DNA from: Octopus vulgaris
Taxonomy: Eukaryota
Assembly: GCA_951406725.2 (NCBI GenBank)
Contig: OX597814.1
Location: forward strand, 60,512,001-60,576,000
Length of the DNA stretch: 64,000 bases
Direction of reading: 5' to 3'
Made by a program: the position numbers and the translations under genes. Positions 53,736-64,000 of this stretch are shown piece after piece. The notes under the pieces are model-generated. The model made no database searches. It saw only the letters and a list, made by a program, of their open reading frames with translations, and had not been told where the DNA came from. The first letter of the stretch is position 1, and each line of letters starts with the position of its first letter.

Positions 53736-54668
53736 TATATAGATATACACACACATATACACACTTAAAATACCCATAACTACACAAACACATGCATATC
53801 AATATAAGCAAACCTACATATACAAATGTCTGTATGTAGATATGCCATATGCAAATATAACCCTACATTTGCAGGTAAGGAAGAGTTTCAGTGCAAGAGA
53901 TTATGTATAAAGTTATATATAACAGATCAATTTAACTTTACTTTGATAAGTAAGTTCTCATATATGGTGCAACGACTTAAGTGTCAAGACAAACATGAAT
54001 TCATTCATTCAAATATGGAACTAATCTTATTAAAATTTAAATTTAGATGCTAGTATCTAAAAACAACTGCATACCAATCTAAAACTCTTATGCGTATATT
54101 CATGTTCACTGAGCGTATGTATATTGGACAGTTAAGTGAGAAAAACGAAGAAAAACAAGATATAAAATTGTCAGCCTTAAAATTACAGCAGAATGAAATT
54201 CTAAATAAGGTAACTAATCTGAACATTTGGATCAGAAGAAATAAAGAAATAGAAATGGTTAAAAGTTAAAATATGTGCAATTGTAAGTATATTTACATAA
54301 CAAGATATGTTGTAGTAGTGATGGTTGGGACGGTCTGACAGAAATAGGCAGCTTTGTGAAAAATATAAATACGGATACATAATACATTGTTAAAGAAAAC
54401 AGCTGCAATCCTCAAGTGATGTAAGAAATACAAGTTAACATGCATAAGAATATATATAAATACGTATAAAAAAATGTGTGTCTTAAATAGAGTTAATAAA
54501 ATAAAGGATAATATACTTATATGCTAGTGTCTGGAAGTATGGAAAGGTAGGGTACAACTCCTCCTCACCATCATCATCACTATTATCATCATTATTGAAT
54601 GAGAGAGCAGTGAATGCCATCAAAGTGACACTAGGGTAAAATATACGAAGCCCAGTATACCCATCATG

Positions 54669-54955
54669 ACTGTTAAAATCAAACTGCACTCTTCAAAACT
54701 TGCACTAAGAACAAGGTAAAATCACTACCTGCTTTTATAGCAAGTTGATGCAGGTAGTTTATGCTGTCCCCCTCCAACTTTTATTTCATGCAGTTGAAAA
54801 AACTTCATTATTTATGGAATGACCCAAGATACACACACACACACACACACACTTAAAATACCCATAACTACACAAACACATGCATATCAATATAAGCAAA
54901 CCTACACATACAAATGTCTGTATGTAGTTATGCCATATGCAAATATAACCCTACA
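54669..54955 (+). repeat. Near-identical direct copy of 53577-53867
   Basis: Mariner end plus its unique flank, repeated ~1.09 kb downstream inside a family-D element. Confidence 0.95.
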
Positions 54956-55600
54956 ATAAGGGTACACTAGGCACATGCATCACAACCATATGTGCGTAAC
55001 ATGGTGATCTCATATCAAGATAAACAACGCATGACCTTGCAGGTGAGGCCCAGTTAGAATTTTCTTCTGGTCCAGTATCCCATCCCACTCAAAAGTTCCT
55101 GGATAAGGGTTGTTTAAGGATGTTGAACAAAACACCCATGTTTCCAGAGGTGAATTATTCAAACCCCAAAGTATCCCTCTCAACACATGGCTATGATGCT
55201 CCCCCACCACTTCTGCATGTGATCAGAGATACACATATCGTCAGCCACTAAGGGACATGCTCAACTGGTTAAAGTCAAACAACTGACAAGCAAATCTGTG
55301 GTATTGAGCAGTATTATTTTTGTTATTATCATTATTATTATTATTATTATCATTATTATTATTTTTATTACTATTATCTTTTTCTGTGCTGGTATGTGTT
55401 GAATGATTTGTTTGCAGTCCAGGTCAGTGCTAATTTGGGACTGCTGTCCTTTTAGATGGATGTGAATACCACCACTCACCTATGTTTCATTTTGGGCTCT
55501 TAACCACACAGCCATGGCTTGACCTTTTTTTTTTCTATACAAACAGAAGAGATTAGTACCTTTTATATGGTATTTTTTAATTATACAAGTTCCCACTTAC

Positions 55601-55775
55601 ATTTAACATACTGGAGTGCCTGGTCTCCCTGAATATTGTTTGTGTGCGCCAAACTGAGGTACTTGAGATTCTGATGATCACTCAAAAACCTGATAGAGTC
55701 TGTATCAACCTTTGTGTGAGAGATGTTCAAAGTTATCAATTGTGTCAGCTCCTCCACGCCTGCAAGACTGCTCAC
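55601..55775 (-). CDS. LRR protein, first visible internal coding exon (175 nt, phase 0->1)
   Basis: Acceptor ..ttacag|GTG and donor AAAT|gtaagt. Translates VSSLAGVEELTQLITLNISHTKVDTDSIRFLSDHQNLKYLSLAHTNNIQGDQALQYVK, with two LxxLxLxxT motifs. Confidence 0.92.
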
Positions 55776-56283
55776 CTGTAACAGAATAGATTAAGTTTAT
55801 TGTCTGTCATACACACACATGTATAATAAACAAGTTTCAAATCAATCAGAAAGCATTTCTATTTTGGTAAATGCCATCGAAACCTTTAAATACTTTTGTA
55901 TTCAACAGTTTAACTAAACTGATATAAATACACAAAATTTAACCCTTTCATTACTGCATTTATTCTGAGATGCTCAGTGTTTCTTTCAATTACTTTAAAT
56001 ATAACAAAGAATTTAGTAAAATAACTTAGTTATCATTCAACTAGTGTTAGGAACATAAATTGTGACTAAGGTTTGGTGGAAGATTTTAATTCAAAACTTA
56101 TGAAAACAAGACATTTGTAGCCAGAGCCAGAGCCGGTTTCAGCCGGGTTAGTAACGAAAGGGTTAAAGAATGAAAATTATGAATAATGATTGTACTTAAT
56201 TGTAACTTCTTTTATTGACCACAGATAAATAGAAGTTAAAATTCACTCCACACACACACCACTGCAATCTGAATTCACTGCAT

Positions 56284-56502
56284 CAGTGGTTCTCAAGTGA
56301 GGTCGCTACGGCCCTTGAGGGATTCATATAAGATTTTGTAGTTAAAATTTATGTGCAATAAATTGATTACACTTCTGCAATAAATAAAATGTTTTAACAA
56401 TATTTTCATACAATTCCTAATATTATATAATTATAAAAATATAATAGGGAGTAAAATAGGAAACAAAAGGGGTCCATTGGTGAAAATGGTTGGGGAACAC
56501 TG
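56284..56502. mobile_element. hAT (Charlie-like) MITE
   Basis: TIR cagtggttctcaa / ttggggaacactg; 8-bp TSD cactgcat / cactacat. Confidence 0.8.
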
Positions 56503-56694
56503 CACTACATAGAGGGATGTGCTAAATGCAATAAGACATTTAATAGGGTGATCTATTAATTCTGCCATCTAGCACCATTAAATACTGAATGTTCATAAAT
56601 TCTCTTTACAACTTCCACAATGTATTATATCTATTTATTGTGTGCAACCAGTGGAGCCCATGTGTAAGTGTTCTGATGTTTCTAATAAAACTTT

Positions 56695-57160
56695 ATAAGA
56701 ATAGACTGGGCAAAGTTTAGAGAGCTTCTACATTTGTTGGTAATAAAGGGTTTCTCACTCAGAGTGAAAGGCAGATTGTATGATGCCTGTGTGCAAACAG
56801 CCATCTACACACCTGTGAAACATGGGCTGTGACAGCAGAGGGCATGTGAAGGCTTGAAAGAAATGTCAGTGTCCAAGTGTAAGCATCTTACGAGAAAAAT
56901 TGGGTATAAAAGGTAGTGTGCAAGAGAGAAGACTGCAATGATATGGTTATATGATGCATAAGGATGAGGACAGCTGCATAAAGAAGTGCTGATCTCTAAC
57001 TGTGGAGGGAACCTGTGCAAGAGGTAGACCTAGAAAGACATGGTACGAGATGGTGAAGCATGATCTTTGGACGGTGGGTCTCACAGAGACAATGACAAGT
57101 AATTGAGACCTTTGAAGATTTGCTGTACTTGAAAAGATATGTCAAGCCAAGTGAAATCAT
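56695..57160 (+). mobile_element. RTE LINE 3' fragment, same family as 5380-8005
   Basis: WAKFRELLHLLVIKGFSLRVKGRLYDACVQTA, homologous to 7540-7640. Confidence 0.75.
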
Positions 57161-57584
57161 AGTTGTAGCCAATACCAGTACCACATAAAAGGTACCTGCT
57201 ATACTCTAAAAGTGGTTGGTGTTAAGAAGGGCATCAAGCAGTAGGGATCAAGCAAAACTAGCTTGGTATAGCTCTATGGCTTACCAGTTCTAGTCAAACC
57301 ATCTAACCCATGTGAGAATGGAAAACAGATGAGGAGGAGGAGGAGGAGATTGCCTATATTTTCCAATAAATTCTGGTTTGTAATCCTTATTATCTCCTGT
57401 TTTACTGAATTTTTCAAATTGTAAACGCAATTTATGGATGCACTGTAATGAATTATAACGGTGGGTCTCTGCCATTCAGTGATGAAGATTCACTGGTCTG
57501 ATCGAATGAATTATCTGCCCCTGAATTAATGCAGAATTAATGGCTGTGTATTCCACAAACATATCTATTTTTAATTTAATTTTC

Positions 57585-57915
57585 AAGCAAAACCAGCAGA
57601 GAGAACAGGCAGTCTCTGCAGGTTGCACTACTACTTCTCTGCATTGAGTGGTCACAGCTCCCGTACAACAAATATGTGATTAGAATGTCACAGGAAAGAA
57701 TTGCAAGATGGATTCTCCAAGCTGATCCAACTGGCAGGAGACCTAGGGAGAAATCAAGAAGGAGATGGTTGGACAATATCCATAGTCTTACTTGGTCACA
57801 CTTCAGAATTCAGCCACAAAATCTAATGATGGTTGCTTCTGATAGGACCTTATGAAGGAGATATCTGAGGACTCTACCCAACCACCAACTTCCCTTGAAT
57901 AGTGAGTGAAGAAAT
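57585..57915 (+). mobile_element. RTE (Rex3/Expander-like) 3' fragment
   Basis: LLLCIEWSQL...VIRMSQERIARWILQADPTGRRPREKSRRRWLDNIHSLTWSH, followed by a (gaat)-type tail near 57910. Confidence 0.65.
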
Positions 57916-58227
57916 GAATGAAGGAATGGATGAAACCAGTCCATGGCACAGAAAAGGTTGAGGTACACAGCTTTAAGGCAATCAAGTAGCAGAATTGGCT
58001 GAGAATTTCATTAATACCGGACAGTTTTTTAAGTTTCATTCCTCAAGGGATTATGTTCAATTCCCATTAGTGTCAATAAAGTCAAGTTTCAGTCAACAAA
58101 AGAATTCAACCAAATATATTCCACCTTTACAATATTTTGTCATATGACAATGTTGTTCCAAGCAGGTTGACACATGTTGGTGTTCTTTTCTATGTTAGTC
58201 ATATATATATATATATATATATATATA

Positions 58228-58360
58228 ATGAGAGAATAGAAAGGTAATTAATAAATTATTATTTAGTAATTAAAAAATTTAACAAACATCCCCTACAGCA
58301 GTTTGAAATAATTTTTAATTAATAAATAATAATTCATTAATTACCTTTCTATTCTCTCAT
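58228..58360. repeat. Inverted repeat, ~50-bp arms
   Basis: atgagagaatagaaaggtaattaat / attaattacctttctattctctcat. Confidence 0.85.
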
Positions 58361-58634
58361 CTTAATATTGTAATAAATAAAATATATATAAACCACAGTT
58401 TATACAGTTACCTTGTAGTGAAGTATTAAATATAATGTTCAATACTCTTTGTATAGGTAATTAACCAATACTTTCATGGGATTTTGCTATCCCTAAATAA
58501 GGTTTGTAACCTTTAATTGTGCTTATATATAATATACATATATATATATGAGCGAGAGAAAGAGAGAGAGTGAGTGATGCATACTAACATGGGTATGTGT
58601 GTGTATATACATACGTGTGTGTGTATATACATAC

Positions 58635-58669
<35 letters not shown>

Positions 58670-59599
58670 CACGTTTATACATTCTGGAAAGTCATAGTAA
58701 ATTATAGTAAATTTTACATGATGGACTTTACATGGTGTGTTGTACTTTAGCTTCCAGGTAACTTTATAATAATGAGTGGAACATACAATTTCCTGTAAGT
58801 CAGACTGCCTCATGGTCCCGCAGACAAAATGGAAAAGGCACTGTCCTAGAGGATGGCAAGGGAGATGCACTGGAACAGCCACTCTTATGGTGTTCACACT
58901 TGTGGAGAAATATGGTCTAGGAGCCGAAAAACCCAGAAGTCTTCACCATCACAGGCTCAAGCATAAACCACTCAGAGAGCAACCAATGCTTTGACATTTG
59001 CTTTTGTCAGCCTGACAAGCAGTGAAGCCAGGGCTGTTAGCTGAACATACCAATTTGTGGCTGGATAAAGTATGTGTAAAAGTTCCCTCGTTAAATCTTA
59101 TCTCTCCTTTGATATGGGTAGTTATACTGTTCTTCAGTTTTAGAACTTTACATAGAAAGTTAAGGATTGTGAAAACAGCAGGAAGAAATATTTTTGGAAC
59201 ATGTTTTCACAGTTATTCTGCTCACTATATTAAAATCTCACTAGTACATGATTTCATAATATTTTTGTCAAGGTGCATAATTCTCAATTCCAGTTACTTA
59301 AAATATTTCTACCTTTCCACCTGCATCATGTTCCTTCATGGTAAATAAATGAATAAATAAGTAAATAAATAATATATATAATATATATAACATAAAATTA
59401 ATATGTCTTTTTTCATACATTACAAGAAATACTGATCAATATCTTTTCATATTCTATACTGAAATGTTCAATATACATGAAAAATAAATCACCACTATAC
59501 ACATGCACCCCGCCCCCCACACACACTCAGAGGCAGAAAAAGAGAGAAAGAGAAATGCGTGTGTATGTATGTGTGCATGTATATCTCCATCTCCCTCTT

Positions 59600-59944
59600 T
59601 CTCTCTCTATATATACACACACACACAAATATACACACATATTTACAGATATATATACATATATATACATACAAACATATACATGTATATATATTATATA
59701 TATACACACACATACATACACATGTATATAATATACATACATGTATACATATTATATATATACAAATATACACATATGTATATATTATATATATATATAT
59801 ATACACATATATGTATACATATCATATATATATATATATATACATATATGTATATATATCATATATATATATATACACATATATGTATATATATATATCA
59901 TATATATATATATACATATATGTATGTATACATATATACACAAA

Positions 59945-59988
<44 letters not shown>

Positions 59989-60130
59989 CATACATACATG
60001 TATATATATACATACACACACACATATTTACAGATAGATAAATATATTTATATATTATACATACATATACTTATATATATTATATATATATCCATGTTTA
60101 TATGTATAAATATATACATACATACATATA
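59600..60130. repeat. Long compound (TA)/(CA) microsatellite; similar tracts at 4824-4980, 8620-8800, 9400-9475, 27657-27770, 49288-49351, 51050-51105; (AAT)n at 1790-1887 and 46823-46897
   Basis: Seen directly; accounts for the [12 protein letters not shown] ORFs in the track. Confidence 0.95.
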
Positions 60131-60355
60131 TTCTTTTATTTGTTTCAGTCATTTGACTGCAGCCATGCTGGAGCACTGCCTTTAGTTAAGCAAATTGACC
60201 CCAAGATTTATTCTTTGTAAGACTAGTACTTATTCTATTGGTCTCTTTTGGTGAACCATTAAGTTACAGGGATGTAAACACACCAGCATCGGTTGTCAAC
60301 TGATGTTGGGGGAGACAAACACAGACACACACACATATACATATGCGTGTGTGTG

Positions 60356-60412
<57 letters not shown>

Positions 60413-63104
60413 CATACACACACATCCGAAAACTTAGAAAAAAACAAATCTAAAAATCAAAAATTCTTTATTTGATATACTTTAATGCCAAGTTAAAACA
60501 TGTAATGAGAAAATATTACATGTTCTAAATTCTACATTATATAAAAAATAGATTTAGAAAGTTTCAAGGCTGATTTAAAGAGAAATTTTTATAAAAAGAA
60601 AATGATAAGTGCTTAATATGTGTGTGTGTACACACACACTAACATGTATATATACAAATATACTTGCTTATAAACCTAAACAGCCACATGCACACACACA
60701 CACACATATATATGTATATACATATAATGACATTAGAAGATTTCCTAAGGGTATGTTCTACATGAAGAACACAATTATCTAAGATGATATGCCCCCAAAA
60801 ATTTTGATCAATTGAGTATATGACTATACTGAGATGGGAATTCGGTAGTGTTAATGAAAATTAATTACAAAAGAAGCAAGGAAGACAGATCTCTAAATTC
60901 CAGTCAATCAAAAACAGACACACAGACACAAGGTGGAGAGTGTGTTTGACCTTTACTTGCTATAATAACTCCAGAGAACGAGTTCATCTTGTCAGGCGTG
61001 CACAACAAAATACAGCCTACTTACAACTGCCAAGACCCAAGAACAACTAATAAATATACTATTTTATGTGGAAATAATTCACTGGTTTGACAAATTAAAA
61101 CAACATAATTAGAAAATATTCCAGTTTAACCCTTTTGCATTTAAACCAGCCCTGTCTGGCTCAGATCTTCTACCTGTTTTATGTTCAAGCCAACTAGATC
61201 TGACCTATCATATCTACCCCACCGTATCATTCTAAAGATATATGATCACATCATCAAAATGTCAAAGCAACAAGATTATGTATGATTAATTTAAAACAAT
61301 GTGAATAAACAAACATTACATTTGAAAGAACACTTTGAATGCTAAAGGGTTAGGTCAGTGTGACTTTGTATATTAGTGCTTCTCTGTGGACTGATAACAA
61401 ATTCTTCTCTGATGAAGACTGAATTAGTTTCTGAAGACCAGAAACTATCAAAATTATCCAAAAGCACCCTGTAGGACATTAATAATGAGTTATAATCTGT
61501 CTTGGTGAAAATGCAATTCAGCTTTGTCTCAGAGTGTATTAAACTTTCTCTGGTTGTGTACACAATATAAATAGCCACAAACTACAAATTTCATTTTGGA
61601 TAGCAAATGGCTAATCTTTCTCAGATGAAAGACTAACAAAACCAGAAACTATACAAATTATTCAAAACACACTATGTAGTACACTATTAATTAGTGTAAG
61701 TTGATAGTGAATGCATTGTTATGCAAATTAGATGATTCTTTTAAGCTTTGTTTGAGTTTGTAAACAATGTAAACAGCTGCAATCAATCAAGGTTTTGTGG
61801 ACAGAAGATGGAAACATTTCCTCCAGTGACAGTTTAACAAGACTAGAAAATAGTTACATCAATTTCTTATTAAAACCCATAAAAAGTTGAAATTTGTAGT
61901 GTACCCACTTTGCTTATATTTCACAGTGAAATAAAATTGTATAAAATCTATGTAAAAAGTTGATGTTAAATCTTACCACACAGGGTAATTTTTTACTGAG
62001 GTGCAAGGACAATGCTTAATCTAACCATAAAGGTTAATGGACACTGAGAAGCCATTTTTATCAGAAAACTTAAACTCATTAACAATTTCTAAGCACAGAC
62101 ATGTGGTAAGAAGTTTACTTCCCAACCACTGATCTTTGGGTTATACATCATATCAAGTAATGGTTCTTCAGAGGTCCTTTGGAGCAACACTTCTATTCAC
62201 AATCATATTCTTTTGGTCATTACTCAAAATTCATGATCATAGGTGAAGATAGGCACATAAACCATGATGTTTAATTTGGGAAAAAGACAGAAAGCTTCAT
62301 TAAATCAAAGTGTGTGTTGAGGTAGTGAATTACATGTGCAATTAAAATTCCAAATAAATGTTTTAATTTACTAGGGGTAGAAATCTGATGAGTCCAAAGG
62401 TGAGATAAACAAATTTAAAGATAAGGGATGACAAGAAGGTGAAGAGACAAAACAAAATAAAGAAGACAAAAAAGCAAGTTTTTCTTTACTGCTTGAATAA
62501 GCCATCAGGCAAAACTTAGAGTGATAAGCAAATATATATGTAAGTGTATATCTAGACAATCCCCTATGTGTGAATGAAACTCTAACGTGCATCATCATCA
62601 TTGTCATCATGATCATTTAACACCCATTTTCCATGCTGGAATGGGTTGGATGGTTTGACTGAAGCTGGTAAGCTGGAGAGCTGCACAAGGTTCCAATCTG
62701 CTTTGACTTTGTTTCAACAGCTGGATGCCCTTCCTAATGCCAACCACACCACAGTGTACCAAGTGCCATTTACATGCCACTGGTATGGGTGCCTTTTATG
62801 TGTCACCAGCAAGGATGCCTTCATGTGTCACCAGCAAGGATGTCTGTAACATGTCACCAGCACAAATGCCTTTTATGAGTCACTGGCATGGGTGCCTTTT
62901 ACACATCACTGATACAGACCACAACTATGATTTCACTTATTTGACATGTTTTCTCAAGCATAAGAAATCACCAAAAGTTTTAGTCACTTCTCATTGCCTC
63001 TATGAGACTCAACAACTGAAGATCATATTTCCCCACCTCATCTCATGACTTCCTGGGTCTACCTCTTCCGCAAGTTCCCTCCATAATTCGAGATTTTTTT
63101 TATA

Positions 63105-63332
63105 CATGTGTATAAAAACTACAAGTGTGTGTGTGTGAGGAAGTTACAAAAGGAATGTGTAGAAGGTACAGGAAGTGCATGTAGAGACTGTAGAATGTAG
63201 AAACTAAGAGCAGGTATGTGTGTAGAATCTACAGTGTTGTGGGTGGATAAACTGTAGATGATGTATGTAAAACATACTGCAAGCATTTGTTGAAGCTGTA
63301 ATAGATGTGTATAAAGACTATAGAAGGTGCAC

Positions 63333-63373
<41 letters not shown>

Positions 63374-63620
63374 TGTGTAGAATCTATACCAAGTGTGTGT
63401 GAAAACTATAGCAAATGTTAGAGGTTATAGCAGATTATAGGAGTGATAGCAAATGAGTGTAGAAGCAAAACAGGGGTGTATGTAGAATGTATAGTAAATA
63501 TGTGTAGAAGATATAACAGGTATGAGTTGAAGCAAAAGCTGGTCTGTGTGTGTGAGCATGTATGTGCAAGTAGGAGCTGCCTGTGGGTATACAGAAACTG
63601 AGAAGTTTATAGAAGTTGAA
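63105..63620. repeat. Degenerate ~20-25-bp tandem repeat
   Basis: Recurring tgtgtagaa..tatag.agg units. Confidence 0.55.
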
Positions 63621-64000
63621 CACTGCACCTATGACATGAGATAACAAGGAAAAAAACAAATAACTTCTATAGATGCAGGCATAGGTGTGTGGTAAGACCT
63701 TTGCTTCCCAGCCACATGGTTCTGGGTCCAGTCCCACTGTATGGCACCTTGGACAAGAGTCTTCTACTATAGCCTTGAGCCAACCAAAGCCTTGTGAGTG
63801 GATTTGGTAGACAGAGACTAAAAGAAGCTGGTCATGTGTGTGTGTGCACACCTTTGTATTTGTTTGTCTCCCACCACCGCTTGGTAACTAGTACTGGTGT
63901 GTTTACATCTCCCCGTAACTTAGCAGTTCAGCAAAGAGTCTGATAGAATAAGTACCAGGCTTAAACAAAAAATAAGTACTGGGCTCAATTGGTTCAACTA

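Noticed and set aside
59477-60156. Longest ORFs in the track (up to 217 aa, YIYI/HTHT)
   Set aside because: Translations of (TA)/(CA) microsatellite; the same applies to similar ORFs throughout the window.
55776-64000. Further upstream LRR exons (donor-like sites near 61020 and 61975)
   Set aside because: The candidates have stops in the required phase or no LRR pattern; the next exon is probably beyond the window.

Overview
This is eukaryotic, very AT-rich and microsatellite-rich genomic DNA. The repeat landscape suggests a coleoid cephalopod, probably Octopus (inference). One real host gene is supported: the last 8 coding exons (55775 down to 11930, minus strand) of a leucine-rich-repeat protein. 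They splice with GT-AG ends and consistent phases into 870 nt (289 aa + stop) ending in an acidic/poly-Q tail; the 5' part lies outside the window or was not found. From memory the sequence resembles the uncharacterised UBA-UBX-LRR family (zebrafish si:ch73-173p19.1-like). The rest is mostly transposon debris: a decayed RTE LINE with an inserted Cys/His finger, a CR1-type LINE fused to a SINE head, a Dong/R4-like restriction-endonuclease fragment, Penelope-like GIY-YIG remnants and fold-back elements with hammerhead-like cores, three mariner relics, Helitron ends, TTAA/hAT/pogo MITEs and at least five short-repeat families. Most ORFs in the supplied track are microsatellite or SINE artefacts. 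Repeat boundaries are approximate unless termini are quoted.
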